DNA from: Raja brachyura
Taxonomy: Eukaryota
Assembly (NCBI GenBank): GCA_963514005.1
Contig: OY740794.1
Location: forward strand, 14,384,001 to 14,448,000
Reading direction: 5' to 3'
DNA: 64,000 nucleotides
Shown: positions 12,627 through 26,029 of the stretch, piece by piece
Layout of the letters: the number at the start of each line of letters is the position of its first letter
Numbering within the stretch: the stretch's first letter is position 1
Translations under genes and position numbers: made by a program
The notes under the pieces: generated by a model
What the model was told of the DNA's origin: nothing
Database searches by the model: none
Seen by the model: the letters and a program-made list of their open reading frames with translations, nothing else

Positions 12627-13282
12627 ACATAGAAATTTGGTGCAGGAGGAGGTCATTCGGCCCTTTGAGCCAGCACCGCCATTCATTGTGATCATGGCTG
12701 ATCATTCCCAATCAATAACCCGTGCCTGCCTTCTCCCCATATCCCTTAATTCCACCAGCCCCTAGAGCTCTATCTAACTCTCTCTTAAATGCATCCAGTG
12801 ATTTGGCCTCCACTGCCCTCTGTGGTAGGGAATTCCATAAATTCACCACTCTCTGGGTGAAAAAGTTTTTTCTTACCTCAGTCTTAAATGGCTTCCCCTT
12901 TATTCTAAGACTGTGTCTGGACTCGCCCAACATTGGGAAAAATTTTCCTACATCTAGCTTGCCCAGTCATTTTATAATTTTATATGTTTCCATAAGATCC
13001 CCTCTCATACTTCTAAACTCTAGTGAATACAAGCCTAGTCTTTTCAATCTTTCCTCATATGACAGTCCCGCCATCCCAGGGATCAATCTTGTGAACCTAC
13101 GCTGCATTGCCTCAATCCCAAGGATGTCCTTTCCCAAATTCGGAGACCAAAACTGTACACAAAATTCCAGATGTGGTTTTGCCAGAGCCCTATACAGCTG
13201 CAGAAGAACCTCTCTACTCCTATACTAAAATCCTCTTGCTATGAAGGCCAACATTCTATTAGCTTTCTTCACTGCCTGCTTC
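12627..13282 (-). mobile_element. CR1 (HER1-like) LINE, 3' end of ORF2 plus tail
   Basis: ORF 12712-12933: HSLRIKGKPFKTEVRKNFFTQRVVNLWNSLPQRAVEAKSLDAFKRELD, a typical CR1 ORF2 C-terminus. Confidence 0.92.
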
Positions 13283-13894
13283 AATCATGAACTTCATCCT
13301 AGTCCCAAGTTGCATCCAACGTTTGAGTCACTTGATCTCATTGCTAATATAACCAGGCGTCCTCTAAATGGTCTCAGAACACATATGCTAAGAGAGTTGT
13401 GGGTGAGCAGTCAGATTTTATTCAGAGCCCTGTTTGTTATCCAGTGATATCTCCTGAAAAAGTGCACATTGAACGCTGGTGAAGAAAAATGAACAGACAC
13501 TGGTAACGCATTCTTGTATGCAATAAGAACAATGACTTGAAGCTTTCTGTGAAATCATTCCACTGGAAGAATCCAGCATAGGAGAAGGGAGGGAGGAAGT
13601 TGGTTCTCAGATTTCTCCTTTTGGCTCTGGAGAGTTGGACCCAGTTGAAAAATTTAATAATTCACTTTTGGATTCAGCTTTCGGACTGCCATTACCATAA
13701 CTGAAGTAGGAAAAACCTGAAATTCCAAAGGTAAGCTTAGGGCCAATCCTGAAATCCAATATCATTTCAATCCGCTGCCTTAAATGTTGGAGGGGGCTGA
13801 AGTGACGGTAACTTTCAAAAATAATTGTATAGATGTTTGAGATGGAACAGGAGAGGTTGGCATTGGAACTAATAGATATCACGTTCAAAGAACA

Positions 13895-14195
13895 AACACA
13901 AGGAACTGCAGATGCTGGAATCTTGCTTAGAATAAAAAGTTCTGGAGGAACTCAGCGGGTCAAGCAGCATCTCTGGAGGACATCGGTAGGTAATGTTTTC
14001 GGTCAGAACCTTTCTTTAGAGTTCAGGGTGCGAAGAAATGTCAGGAGGACATGAATCGGTGACACTTTGGGTCATGAGTCAGGACCCTTCTTCAGACCCG
14101 GAAGTCTAAAGAAGGGTTCTGATCCAGAACTTTACCTATTGATATCCTCCAGAGATGCTACCTGACCAGGTGAGTTACTCTACCACTTTGTGTTC
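13895..14195. mobile_element. Cluster of Penelope-like termini in both orientations
   Basis: GGAACTGCAGATGCTGG...AACTCAGCGGGTC and inverted GAAGGG...GAGTTACTC arms. Confidence 0.7.
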
Positions 14196-14377
14196 GACGC
14201 ATATCATTCAAAGAGCTTGCCATGGAGATAGTGGGTTGAATGGTCTCCTCCATAGGGTAAGATATCTGGGGAGGAGATGTCCATCTTTGGTCATTTGCTC
14301 ATCTATACAGAGCATTTTCTGCTGCTTATGCTCACCTGCTGATTGTTGCTTCTACAATTCAACTGAACCAATTTTTT

Positions 14378-14646
14378 TAGTTTAGGCTAGACCAGTGATC
14401 CCCGCATGTTAACACTATCCTACATACACTAGAGACAATTTACACTTATACCAAGCTAATTAACCTCCAATCCTGTCCGTCTTTGGAGTGTGGGACAAAT
14501 TCTGAAGATCTCAGAGAAAACCCACACGGACATGGGGAGAACGTACAAACTCCGCGCAGACATCAGCTGTAGTCAGGGTCAAACACGGGTCTCCGGCACT
14601 GCAAATGTTGTAAGGCAGCAACTCTACAGCTGCGCCACCGTGCCGG
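14378..14646 (-). mobile_element. HE1-like V-SINE
   Basis: V domain and head on the reverse strand. Confidence 0.82.
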
Positions 14647-14747
14647 GCGGATTAGTGAAAGGGGAGGACATGAGCAGAAATCGAAGACAAGGTTTGGGAA
14701 AGCGTAACCAGCACCTAATACTCCTGCATGGACTTGTGCAAGAAACC

Positions 14748-14855
14748 AAAGGTCTGAAGAAGGGTCTTGACCCAAAGCGTCACCTATTCCTTATTTCCAG
14801 AGATGCTGCCTGACCTGCTGAGTCACTCCAGCATTTTGTGTCTATCTTCAAACCA
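14748..14855 (+). mobile_element. Penelope-like terminus
   Basis: AGGT-CTGAAGA-AGGGTCTTGACCC-AAAGC-GTC-ACCT...GAGTCACTCCAGCATTTTGTGTC. Confidence 0.75.
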
Positions 14856-15689
14856 AAGGTCAATTCTGATTCAGACTCGCTATTTATGCACCCTGATGTG
14901 AGCATCGAACGCACAGCATCCCCTTCCCAATGATTGACTTGTCCATTTGGTAGATTTGGAATCTGCCAGCTACTGTGCATTCAGAACGGGCTCAGACACA
15001 GCATTACAGATTATTGCATTAAGTTAAGCAGCAAACTTCAACAAGAAAAATACAGATGAAATAACAACATATAGAAATGATTTATTTTTACAGACTTCAG
15101 CATAAACATGTGACGGATCAGTGAAGGAGATACTACAGTTAATGCAACTGGCAGCCAACCCGCATTAAAAACAAATCTCAAGATGTACAACACTGTGCTA
15201 ACATGGAGCTATGGGCAGGGCTTTTCACCCAGATCCCATTAAAAAGCATGTTTAAATAATTAAAGCTGCTTTTCAGTGGAATTAAACCATCATTACGAGC
15301 TGTTAAGCACGAAAAAAGCCAAAACTCAGTGATTAACAAGTGCTTCGTCAAAACGCAGCGAACATCTTCATTAACCTAACAGTGTTTGTTGTGAACCCTG
15401 TGCCATTGGTAGGACTGAGAATGGTCCTGCTACTTCAGGCACAGGGTTTCCCTAAGGTGGTTTTGACCATCAGCAGCAGCAGCAGAAATGTACCCACCCG
15501 GAGTCTATAACCTCTTGGCCTGACGTACCCCTCAGGGATCGACTCTGCTTCAATGATGAGTGCAGACACAGCAATGGAAATATCATAAAACGAGGTGTCG
15601 ACCTGAAACAGCAGCAACACCTGATAGGTCCACATGCATGCTCAGCAGCAGAAGCAGCATGCAGCGGAAAAAGCTAAACATTGCCACAA

Positions 15690-16520
15690 TTAATGTGGAG
15701 GCTTTCGAGAGAGTGCAGAAGAGTTTTTACTAAGAATCTGCTTGGATTGAGGAGTATTAGCTATAAGGATTTTTGTTTAGTGTAGGTTTAGAGAGCTTTC
15801 CCCCACGGTTATCAGGCACTCGTTATCAGGCACAGTTATCTGGCCACAGGTCTGTGCCAACCAGCAATAATCCATGCACTAGTTCTATGTCCTACACAAT
15901 AGGGGGGTCACAGAGGCCAATTAACCTACAAACCTGCTTGTCTTTGGAATGTGGGAGGAAACAGGAGCTGCTGGTCACAGTGAGAACATGGACAACGTAT
16001 AAACTCCATACCGATAGGGCCCATAGTCAGGATCGAACCCAGGTCTCTCGCCTCGTAAGGTAGCAATTCTACCGCTGTGCCATTGTACAGCCAAAATGTT
16101 GCACAGACAGGTATTGTTTTCTCTGTGGCCTCAGGGGCTGAGGGGAGACTTGATAGAAGTATATAAAAGTATACAAAGCATAGATAGGATAGGCACTCTG
16201 AACCTTTTTCTCAGGGTGGAAATGTCAAAGACTAGAGAGCATAAGTTTAAGGATAAAGGAGCAAAGTTTAAAGGAGATGTGCGGGGAGGTTTTTGCACAG
16301 ATGGGTGTCTGGAACACACTGCCACGGATGGTGGTGGAAGTAGACATGAGAGCGGCATTTAAGAAGCTATCGGATAGGCAAATGAAAATGCAGGGAATGG
16401 TGGGACATGGATTGCGTACTGGCAAAGAAGATTAGTTTATTTTGGTATCATGTTCAGCATGGAGATTGTGGACTGAAACACCTTCTCCTGTGCTGCATTG
16501 CTCCATATTCTACGTTCTAA
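15690..16520 (+). mobile_element. CR1 LINE 3' fragment interrupted by an antisense V-SINE (15773-16092)
   Basis: ERVQKSF-like segment before the SINE, LRGDLIEVYK...KTREHKFK after it. Confidence 0.8.
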
Positions 16521-16904
16521 TGGATCAGATCACAGATCACCTCATATCTAATTATGAATGCCGATGGTCAAGCCAATGATTAAAAGATGGAGAGGTCTGA
16601 ATAAATATTCCCAACCTGATTGATAGCAGAGCCAGACATATAAATGCCAAATAAAAGGGGAAAAATAACTGCAGATATATTCAACCGGAAGTGGAGGACA
16701 AAACTCCAGGAATTGCTGCACAAATTCTGCAAGTGTCCTAGATCCAATGGTCTTCAAGTTTTTTAATGGTCTTCTGTCCATCGGGTCAACAATAAGGATG
16801 CTCTCTGATGATTGCATAAACTTCAATTCCATTTGCAACTCCTCAAAATATAAAGCCATCCAAGCCAACATGTAGCAAGGTCAGGACAGTATACAGGCCT
16901 GATA

Positions 16905-17700
16905 TAATGTAATGCTGAGGCTCCATAAGGTGCTGGTCAGGCCACATTTGGCATTCATATGTCATATTATTGTGAGCAAATTTGGGCCCAATATCTGAGG
17001 AAGGATGTGCTGGCTCTGGAGAGGGTCCAGAGGAGGTTTACAAGAATTATTCCAGGAATGAGTGGGTTAGCATTTGATGAGTGTTTGACAGCACTGGGCC
17101 TCTACTCGCTGGAGTTTCGAAGGTTGAGGCGGAACCTCATTGAAACTTACAGAATAATGAAAGGCAGAGATAGAGTGGATGTGGAAAGGATGTTTCCACC
17201 AGTGGAAGTCTAGGACCAGAGATTCATTGCCTCAGAATGAAAGGGTGCTCTTTTTGAAAAGAGATGAGGAGGAACTTCTTTAGTCAGAGGGTAGTTAATC
17301 TATGAAACTCATTGCCACAGAAGGCAGTCGAGGTCAAGTCAGTGGATATTGTTTAGGGACAGATGGACAAGTTCTTGATTAGAACGGGTGTCAAGGATTA
17401 TGGGGAGAGGTAGGAAATGGGATTAGGAGGCAGATTCAGCCATGATTGAATGGTGGACAATAGACAATAGACAATAGGTGCAGGACGAGGCCATTCGGCC
17501 CTTCGAACCAGCACCGCCATTCAATGTGATCATGGCTGATCATTCCCAATCAGTACCCCGTTCCTGCCTTCTCCCCATATCCCCTGACTCTGCTATCTTT
17601 AAGAGCCCTATCTAGCTCTCTCTTGAAAGTATCCAGAGAACCAAAGTAGACTTGATGGGCTGAATGGCCTAATTCTACTCCTATAACTTGTGAACCTGTG
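16905..17700 (+). mobile_element. CR1 LINE 3' fragment with a nested antisense CR1 tail (17457-17642)
   Basis: ORF 16959-17213: YLRKDVLALERVQRRFTRIIPGM...LGLYSLEFRRLR. The tail is split by an inverted copy encoding SLDTFKRELDRALK. Confidence 0.9.
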
Positions 17701-17879
17701 ATAAGGGACAAGTAATAATTGCTCTGCACAAATCCAAGCATTCACCATCTCTGACGAGTCTCTAAACATCTACCTTTCATACATTTATTGGCATTACCAT
17801 TGACAAGTCCTCTACAATAAACTTCAATGTGGTCACCATTGATCAGAATCGGAACCAATTCAGACACATGAATGCTTTG

Positions 17880-18125
17880 ATAGACTCAAAATGGTGGAGT
17901 AACTCAGCGGGTCAGGCAGCATCTCTGGAGAAAATGGATAGGTGAATTTTCGGGTCAGGACCCTTCTTCAGTCTGATTAGTCTTCAGACTGATTAGTCTG
18001 AAGAAGAGTCCCTACCCCGAAACGTCACCTCTCCATTTTCTCCAGAGATGCTGCCTGGCCCGCTGAGTTACTCCAGCATTTTGTGTCCAGCTTCGGTATA
18101 GACCAGCGTCTGCATTTCCTTTTTA
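17880..18125. mobile_element. Palindromic Penelope-like terminus pair, hammerhead core intact in right arm
   Basis: Inverted arms of about 95 bp. CTGAAGA at 17998-18004, GAAAC-GTC at 18019-18026. 16-bp tandem duplication at the centre. Confidence 0.85.
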
Positions 18126-18169
18126 TTACATGAATGTTGTGGCTGCAGGAGCAGAGGAGAAGTTAAATC

Positions 18170-18680
18170 TCCTACCTGGAGCGTGCTCCACCTCCTCACA
18201 ACACTATGCCATTCCACCAGGACTGCGAGGGAATATTTTTTATATGACTTACCTGAATTAATGTCACTCCAACAAACACTCAAAAAGCTCACCACACATG
18301 GGGCAAAACAGCACACCAGACTGTCAGCCTGTCCACCACACTAGACTTGAATTCCCTCAAGCGTTGGTGCAGCTTGGTGCATTGCAGTTATTCGTCTAGA
18401 CTTCACCGACAGCACCTCCCAAACTTACAACCTCTACCTCAAAGAAGGACATGGCAGCAAATGGCGAGGAATCACATCCACAGCAGATTGCTCCCCGAAT
18501 ATCAGGGTAAGCTAAGTGGAAATATTATGCTGTTCCCTCAACATCACCGGGTCTAAATCCTGAATTGAAGCTGAGGAAGAGCATTGGACTGCAGTGGATC
18601 AAGGTGGTAGCTCACCATTAACCTCTCAAGGTTATTTACAGACAGCCAATAAATAGGGCCCTCGTCACCAATGCCAGAAA
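18170..18680 (+). mobile_element. Old LINE 3' end (CR1/L2 group)
   Basis: Decayed ORF end (HCSYSSRLHRQHLPNLQPLPQRRT) and tail GCTCACCA...CAATAAAT. Confidence 0.55.
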
Positions 18681-21600
18681 TTGAATAAAGAAGACAGCAA
18701 CTCCACAGCTAAATATCCTCAATTATCCTAAATATTAGGAAATATCCTTTGTAGTTCTTCAAATGCAAATACTAAGTAAAAATCTTTGGAGTGCATATCT
18801 ATGTATAACCTGATTTCCATCTTCCTATATTACAAGAGTGGGTGCTCTTCAAAATACTAAATCGGCCGAGGGATGAAAAAGGCGCTGCATAATTGAGGTT
18901 GTTTCTTATTAATCCACTTTTTTTAATCCCATTACTGCCGTGTCCAGTGCACAGTGGATTTTCGGGCTAAAACCTCTGAAGAAACCGAAACCGAAACCTC
19001 ACTGTACCGTCCCTTCTCAATTTTACCTGAGTTGTCCACAACTTTGAACACTGCAGACCCATCCATTCTCTTTCATCTCCCGCCTTACATCTCTGGGTCA
19101 TTCATATGATCTGGGTCATTCATATGAATCCAACACAAGGACCCAGATCCAGCATTTCAAAGAGGTGGACAATCAGTGAAGGGTAATAACTGCTGGCCTA
19201 CCCAATGAAAACAAATGCACAACATGTTATGCAAGAGGTTGCACTTTAATAATTTAGAGTGCACATGCATTTATATACTGTATCACACACATGCACAAAG
19301 AGCAGTATATGGATACCAGCTGTATGATACCATATTTCAAGTTCCTACATCACTTATTTTATTAGCATTTCACCCAAGTGTGCTCTACATTGCATCTGGC
19401 ATGGTTAACACACCTACACATTACAATATAAAAATACCAAAACAAATTTTATTTTTTAAATAAATGTCAGACTATACGTAATAAAGAGCAGCAGATGCCT
19501 GTTACTGGGTTTAAGACCGTACTATTGCAATCCCAGGGGTTCTGCTTGATGTCCATAAACCATTTAATGACATCATCTGAACTGTTCAATCACAAATCAT
19601 TATAAAAACAATTTAGTTTAGTTTTAGTTGAGTTTTGCAACAAAGTGCCCAGGACTCGGGTCTAAGGGGCTCTTGCCTCCCTTTTACCCATCATCTGCCC
19701 CTTACCACAATTCGTCATCTCACACCATGATTCCATGGCCAGAACGATGGCTAGGCAGCCTGTCTGGAAGCCTTTTCCAGTGCCGCTGTGAACTGGCTGG
19801 CTTTTGTAAAATATATAATTTCCACAGAAAAAAGCAGGGGCCTTTTCTCGCAGAGGAAACCTGGTTTTCATTAATAAATTGTTGCAAAACGCAACAGCAA
19901 ACAGATAGAAATCCAGTGTCAGGCAGCACACTTGTATGAATCGCCCTGCTGTCTTTGACATGCTGTCAGATTAGACAGAGTTTCTTTTATATCATTGGAG
20001 TGTAGTATAATAAATATCTTGTGGGGAAACAAAAACTAATACAGGTATAGGGTATACCCGTCTGCCCAAGAACATAAAATGTCTGCACATAGGCAGTTAT
20101 TCATCTGAAAGGCAAAATATGGTTAAAATTACCAGAAAGACCAGGAAGGCAATCTTACTCCCCATTAAAAAAGAGTAGAGGAGCCAATACGGTTTTGTTT
20201 CATGAAGAGAGGAACATCACCCTCTCTTAAACAGCCAGTGGCAAAAGGTGTAGATGAAGGTGTGGGAAAAGATTATTCAACCAATTTTACACTCGGTACA
20301 TGATGCCAGGCGCGACATGGGTGGGAAGCCCTGAAGAGCAGGAGGAATAACGTAATGCAAGGGAAATTATTTAAAGAAATAAAATATATCTGCTTTGGTT
20401 CGCTTATCGATTGCCATGAAAGCTGCACTAAAAACTCAAGCAGAATGATATTTAATAACACTGTGCAATTTATAAGGTGGAAATATTAATGACTCAATGC
20501 AGTTAGGGACAAGAAAGGCTGACACAACAAAGTGATTTGTCCATTTGTAGGAGTGAATAGTCACCTCCTTTAATATTAATGGATTTTTGCTTTGGTGTAA
20601 TTCCCACAGTCAGTGCTTTGATTTTTTGCTTATTTTGTACCCACTCTAACTAATGTGCCTCCATATACAGATGATGCAGGCAGCAAGTAGAAGAGGAGAA
20701 ATTTAAAATACCCTTCCAGGACTGTGAGAGAGATTTGATAAAATGTGAATAGGTTAACATAGAAAATTTGCAAGAATGAGGACGGGATTTTTTTTAATTA
20801 CCTTGAACCACAGTCATTTTACCTAATATTAGTCATTTTACCTCGATTTAGCTATTTTCCTAACAACCGTCAAACTTTCCTGAACAAATATACACTTGAT
20901 TCCTTTTATCTCCCTTATGTCTTCATTAATCCTGACCTCTCACTCATGACTAATTTCTCCATCCTCATTCTCCCATTCTCCCATTCTCTCTAACCCTTTC
21001 TCTTTCTGTCCCCATCTTATGTGTCTGCCCCAGTCTGCAGAGACTGCACCATCAGTAGATTCTGCTCCAGGCATATTGGACAAGAATGTGTAAAAAAAAA
21101 AGTTAACTATTCCTAACAGATGCTTCAATAGTTATTAACAAGCTACATACACAGCTGCCAATACTTAAAAATATTTTATGGGCAAATTTTTATTGTAAAA
21201 AGCGCCTGCTCTGTCTTGCAGGTAAGTAAATAAAATGTATTTATTGAATTATTTTGAAATCTCGACAGATCAGATTTTCCCTTTATCAATATTTAATAGC
21301 GTAGCTGGTTTATAATGTATTTAACCCCTAAAGCACTAAGCCATTTCCAGCTTTTAATATACAGACACCACGTGAATTTAATTTTCTTCATTAAAATAAA
21401 ACTATTAATTCTAGCCAAATATATTGACCGGTTACCGCACGAAATGTCGGGATTGTGAAAGAAATTGTAAAGGAGTGATGGTGGAGGCAGACAGACATCA
21501 GAGCGATGGGCTTGAAAGTGTCTGGCTCTACAAACAAAATCAAGCCGCCTATTCTCCATCTTCCAGACCAGTGTGATAAAAGTCACAAAGGTAAAAATTA

Positions 21601-23104
21601 CCATCCCAATCTTTGGAAACGGCATGGCTCCATGAATTCTTTGTTAAGACTCACACCTTCTAGATCCACGGAGGGCCGACGAGACACTGATTTAAAATAC
21701 CGATCTTTCACCCCTGATACCTGTGTTTAAATCAAGTCCAGTTTAATGGGATGAAAGTCGCCTCTCTGGCAGGAGGCTGCGTGGCAAATAATTTAGAAGA
21801 TTTTTCTCTCACCTCTGGGATCAGACTTCAATCAAAAACCTCCTCTCTCTCTCATGGTGGAAATAGCTATTTTTTTAAAATAAGTGGGTAGTCACAAAAT
21901 ATTTCCCAATAGGCAAGAGAATGAATCTGTGCACAGCAAAAATGCCAGAATTCTGCACTCGTTGCAACATGGAAATAGAAAGCCCTGCTTTAATATGGCA
22001 AAACTTTGTGATTAAGATGCATCAGCATTGGATACATCATCTCACTCAAACCATGTGCATAACTAATACCAGCATCCATAAAAAGCAGTTACGTTTGTAA
22101 TTTCACCAGTACTGTGATTTCTGATCTTAAAGATCTATCACTTATAAAGGACAAGCACACAGTGACCAATTGACATTTCTCCACAAAGTGGTTGGAGTAA
22201 AAGGAATTTGCGCAACGCTATTGCAAAGAAAGATCGCTCAAGGAAGGAAGAGGATGAGCTAAATTGTACGATGAGGGCATTAGAGATCACCATTTGGTTA
22301 AATAAGTCAAAATGATCATTAAATATATCCCCTTTACAAAAGCATACAATTGACCATACCACAAAAATGGTCACTGAATTCCAAATTATTTGCACAGTGT
22401 CACTCATGGAGTCCCTTCCTTTATAGTCAGAGTGCCAGAGTGCCAGACTATAAGACTCTGGAGGATGTACCAGGACTGCCTGTTTTAATTAAAATCCAGC
22501 TAGTGTAAAGAGACGTCCAGTCACCATATTACAGGACAGATGTTTTTTCACATGTAAGAGTGAGGAAAGAATCTACCAGGATGTTGACAGGATTGAAAAA
22601 CTGCAGACTGCCAAGAAAACATTGAATGCAAAGGATTGAAAATTTCAAAAAATCTGCAGATGCTGCAAATCTGAAATAAAAACAGCTCTGAAAAGAAAAG
22701 CTCGGGATCTGACTCATTAACTGTTTCTCCTTGCACAGATGCTGTCTGACAGGCAGAGTGCTTACAGCATGTTCTTCTTATATTTTTCGCTAAAGTTGCT
22801 TTCTTTGTACCTAAGGAAGATCTTAATTGAGGTGTTTGAAAATCATGAGGGAGCTAGATAGAATAGACAAAAATGGACCTAGTTTCCTTCATAGGTGGGT
22901 CATAAGCCAAGGAACATAGATTTAAAATAAAGTACATGGTTCATTGATAAGCGATTATCATTATTATGCAATAATAAACCAATAATTGACACAAATTGCT
23001 GGAGTAACTCAACAGATCAGGCATCATCCCTGGAGAGCATGGATAGGCAACTATTCGGGTCAGAACCCTTGTTGAGACCAATACAAACACCAATAAACCT
23101 ATTT

Positions 23105-24800
23105 TATTTTTAATCTGTTTAAAATATGCGTACGGAGATACAGTGAAAAGCTTAGTTTGTGTGCTATTCAGTCAAAACATACGAAACGTAAGTACAATCA
23201 AGACCTACAACATACAACACGTGGTGCAAAGAGAAAAATGCCAGCATGCAGAATGTAGTGTAATAGATTCACACCATTACAGTACAGAAAAAAAGTGCAA
23301 TGTTCACAATCGGGTAGGTTGGAAGCTATACCCTGGCCTATGGGATGACCATTCAGTGGTCTGATAACTGTGGGGGAAGCTTTTTCTGAATCTGGTGATA
23401 GGAGCGTTCAAGATTTTGCACCTTCTGGCCAATAGGAGAGGGAAAAAGGGGGAATGAACTGGGTGAAAAAGATCCTTTGCTTATGTTGGCTACTTTCCTG
23501 AGACTGCATGCAGATGGAGTCGATGGTGGGGAAGCTGATCTGTGTGATGGACTGGGCTACATCTACAACTCTCTGCATTGCTTGCGGTCTTGGGTAGAGC
23601 GGTTGCCAAACCAAACTGATTCATCCTAACAGGATGCTTTCTACGATGCATCTGCAGAAATTGGTAAGCGTCATTGGAGACATGCTGAAGTTCATTAGTC
23701 CAGCAGAAACAGAGGCATTGGTGGGCTTTCTTGGCTGCAGCTGTGCTTAGTCAAAGACAGATTGTTAGTGATATTTATACCAGGGAACTTGAAGCTCTCG
23801 ACCTTCTCCACTTTGGCACCACTGGTGCTGATTGGGGCATGCACACCATCTCTGTTCCTGAAGTTAATAACTAGCTCCTTCATCTTGCTTATATTGGGGG
23901 TGAAGTTATCCTGACACGATGTTACTAAGTTTTCTATCTCCTGCCCGCACTTCATCTGATTAATTATTCGAGATTCAACCCACTACCGCGGTGTCATCAG
24001 CACATTTGTAAATGGAGTTAGAGCAGAATTCGGCCACACTATCATGAGTACATAGGGCATATAGTTAGAGGTTGAAAACACTTTGTTGTGGGACACAGTG
24101 TTGAGAATCACTGTGGAAGATGTTTTGTAGCTATCCTCATCGAGTCCATGGGTCAGGAAGTCAAGGATTCAGAGGCAGATGGGATACTAACCGTTAGGTC
24201 CAGGAGTTTGTAAATGATTTTGTTTGGGATGATGGTGTTGAAATTGGAACTATAGTGAATAAATAAGAGTCTGATGTAGACATCCTTGCAATGTAGATAT
24301 TACATAGAAACATAGGAACATTGAAAATAGGTGCAGGAGGAGGTCATTCGGCCCTTCGAGCCAGCACCGCCATTCATTGTGATCATGGCTGATCATCCCC
24401 AATCAATAACCCGTGCCTGCCTTCTCCCCATATCCCTTGATTCCACTAGCCCCTAGGGCTCTATCTAACTCTCTCTTAAATCCATCCAGTGACTTGGCCT
24501 CCACTGCCCTCTGTGGCAGGGAATTCCACAATTTCACAAATCTTTGGGTGAGAAAGTTTTTTCCTCACCTCAGTCTTAAATGGCTTCCCCTTTAAGACTG
24601 TGGCCCCTGGTTCTGGACTCGTCCAACATTTGGAACATTTTTCCTGCATCTAGCTTGTCCAGTCCTTGTCCAGTTGCAACGATAAGTGTGGGGTCAGGGA
24701 GATGGCTTAGGCCTTGGATCTGTTCCGATGGTGGGCAAACTGCGGTGGATCACATCTATCCGGGAGGCTGGAGCTAAAGTGAAACATGACCAGACTCGTG
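23105..24800 (-). mobile_element. Rex1/Babar LINE, RT domain to 3' end (decayed), interrupted by CR1
   Basis: YKCADDTAVVG at about 24010-23980, and KELVINFR...VEKVESFKFPGINITNNLS. DPPQFAHHRNRS (like DPLQFAYR.NRS) lies at about 24750-24715, beyond the CR1 insert. Confidence 0.85.
24303..24668 (-). mobile_element. CR1 LINE 3' end (young), inserted in Rex1
   Basis: Near-identical to 12627-12970. (CATAGAAA)n terminus. Confidence 0.9.
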
Positions 24801-24869
24801 CCTATAGAAGAGGATAGCACTTTATTTTGTTCATAGAGGGATGCAAAAATGACTGCCTGCTAGAATAAT

Positions 24870-25500
24870 AGGCAAAACTCCTCATCACATGTGAGAGGTA
24901 ATTGGATGTGCCTTTAAGGAATGAAGGCCACAGAAAGGAATGCTGGGTGATGGGATTACACTGCTTGCTCTTTCTTTGACCAGCACTGAAGCAATGGGCC
25001 AAATGGTTTCTCATTTGGCTCCACAACAAGGACGGCTAAAGAGTTGCTGCCAACGGTGCAATATTAAACTACTGCCGGAGGAATGCAGAGTGTGCGTGGG
25101 GACATAGGGCTGGATGAGATTACGGAGGTGGATGGCATGACCTTGGAGGTGTTCATTGGCGAGGATCTTGGAATTAATTACTGTGGCATGGGAAATGATC
25201 AAATCTTGGCAAGAACAACAATTGTGTGCTTGCTGGCTTTCATATCTGTGAGGACATGGAGCAAGAGTTTTCAATTAGTTGTAATCTGTGGCTAAGGCTG
25301 CAGAGAGGGTACCAGAGTAGACCAGGGTTGAGAGATTAAAAATGTGGAATAGGAAATTGGCAGCAGCGAGAAAGAATCAGTTTCCAAAGTGAAAGGAAGC
25401 CGCCTTGGTAATGGAGTGAAGTTGGGAAGGAAATCATACTTGGGGTTGAGCCTGATGCCAAGGTTCTGCATGTCTGAACTCAGCCTGAAGTAGCAGCCAG
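24870..25500 (-). mobile_element. L2-type LINE 3' remnant
   Basis: INSKIL...LQGHAIHLRNLIQPYVPTHTLHSSGSSL resembles the L2 ORF2 C-terminal motif I.FKIL...LHG.AP.YL..LL.PY.P.R.LRSS. Confidence 0.65.
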
Positions 25501-25689
25501 GAAGGTTGGGTTCAAGGCCAGAAGTGCCTACGTACCAAAGTTAAGATTTCAATCGGAGTACTTCAGTTTCCACCAATGAGAATTACAACAAATGTAGGAG
25601 CTTCCCTTGGGGAACATTATCCTGTCAAACTCAGCGCAGGAAATGTTAACCTCTTTCCCCTTTATAAAAACGTGTCAATTTGGCACCAA

Positions 25690-25990
25690 GAAGGAAATAC
25701 CAAGATTTCTCAACACCTCAAGGCACCTTACAGCCAATGACATACATTGGAATGGTTTAATGGAGAAAAAGCAGCAGGATCGCACAGAAATCAATGTTTG
25801 AATGATTTGATATTCCTTTTCAATGGCGTACATACTTTGCAGAGTACCCAGAAGACTTACTTGCTCCTTGAATACAGCATTTAGATCTTTCCCTCCCAAT
25901 TTAGAAAACAAATGGGACATTGATCTAATGTGTCAACTGGAAGTCAACTCCTCTGGCAATGCAGAATTTCCTCAATATTAGAGAGGTTTT
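25690..25990 (-). mobile_element. Deu-domain SINE (SacSINE1-like), decayed
   Basis: Reverse complement shows Deu-like GAGGAAATTCTGCATTGCCAGAGG...AAAGATCTAAATGCTGTATTCAAGGAGC and tail CATTGGCTGTAAGGTGCCTTGAGG. Confidence 0.6.
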
Positions 25991-26029
25991 GTAGATATTA
26001 GCTCAAGTAAATGGAGAACAATTTTAACA

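Noticed and set aside
12722-13228. 168-aa plus-strand ORF
   Set aside because: Antisense shadow of CR1 ORF2
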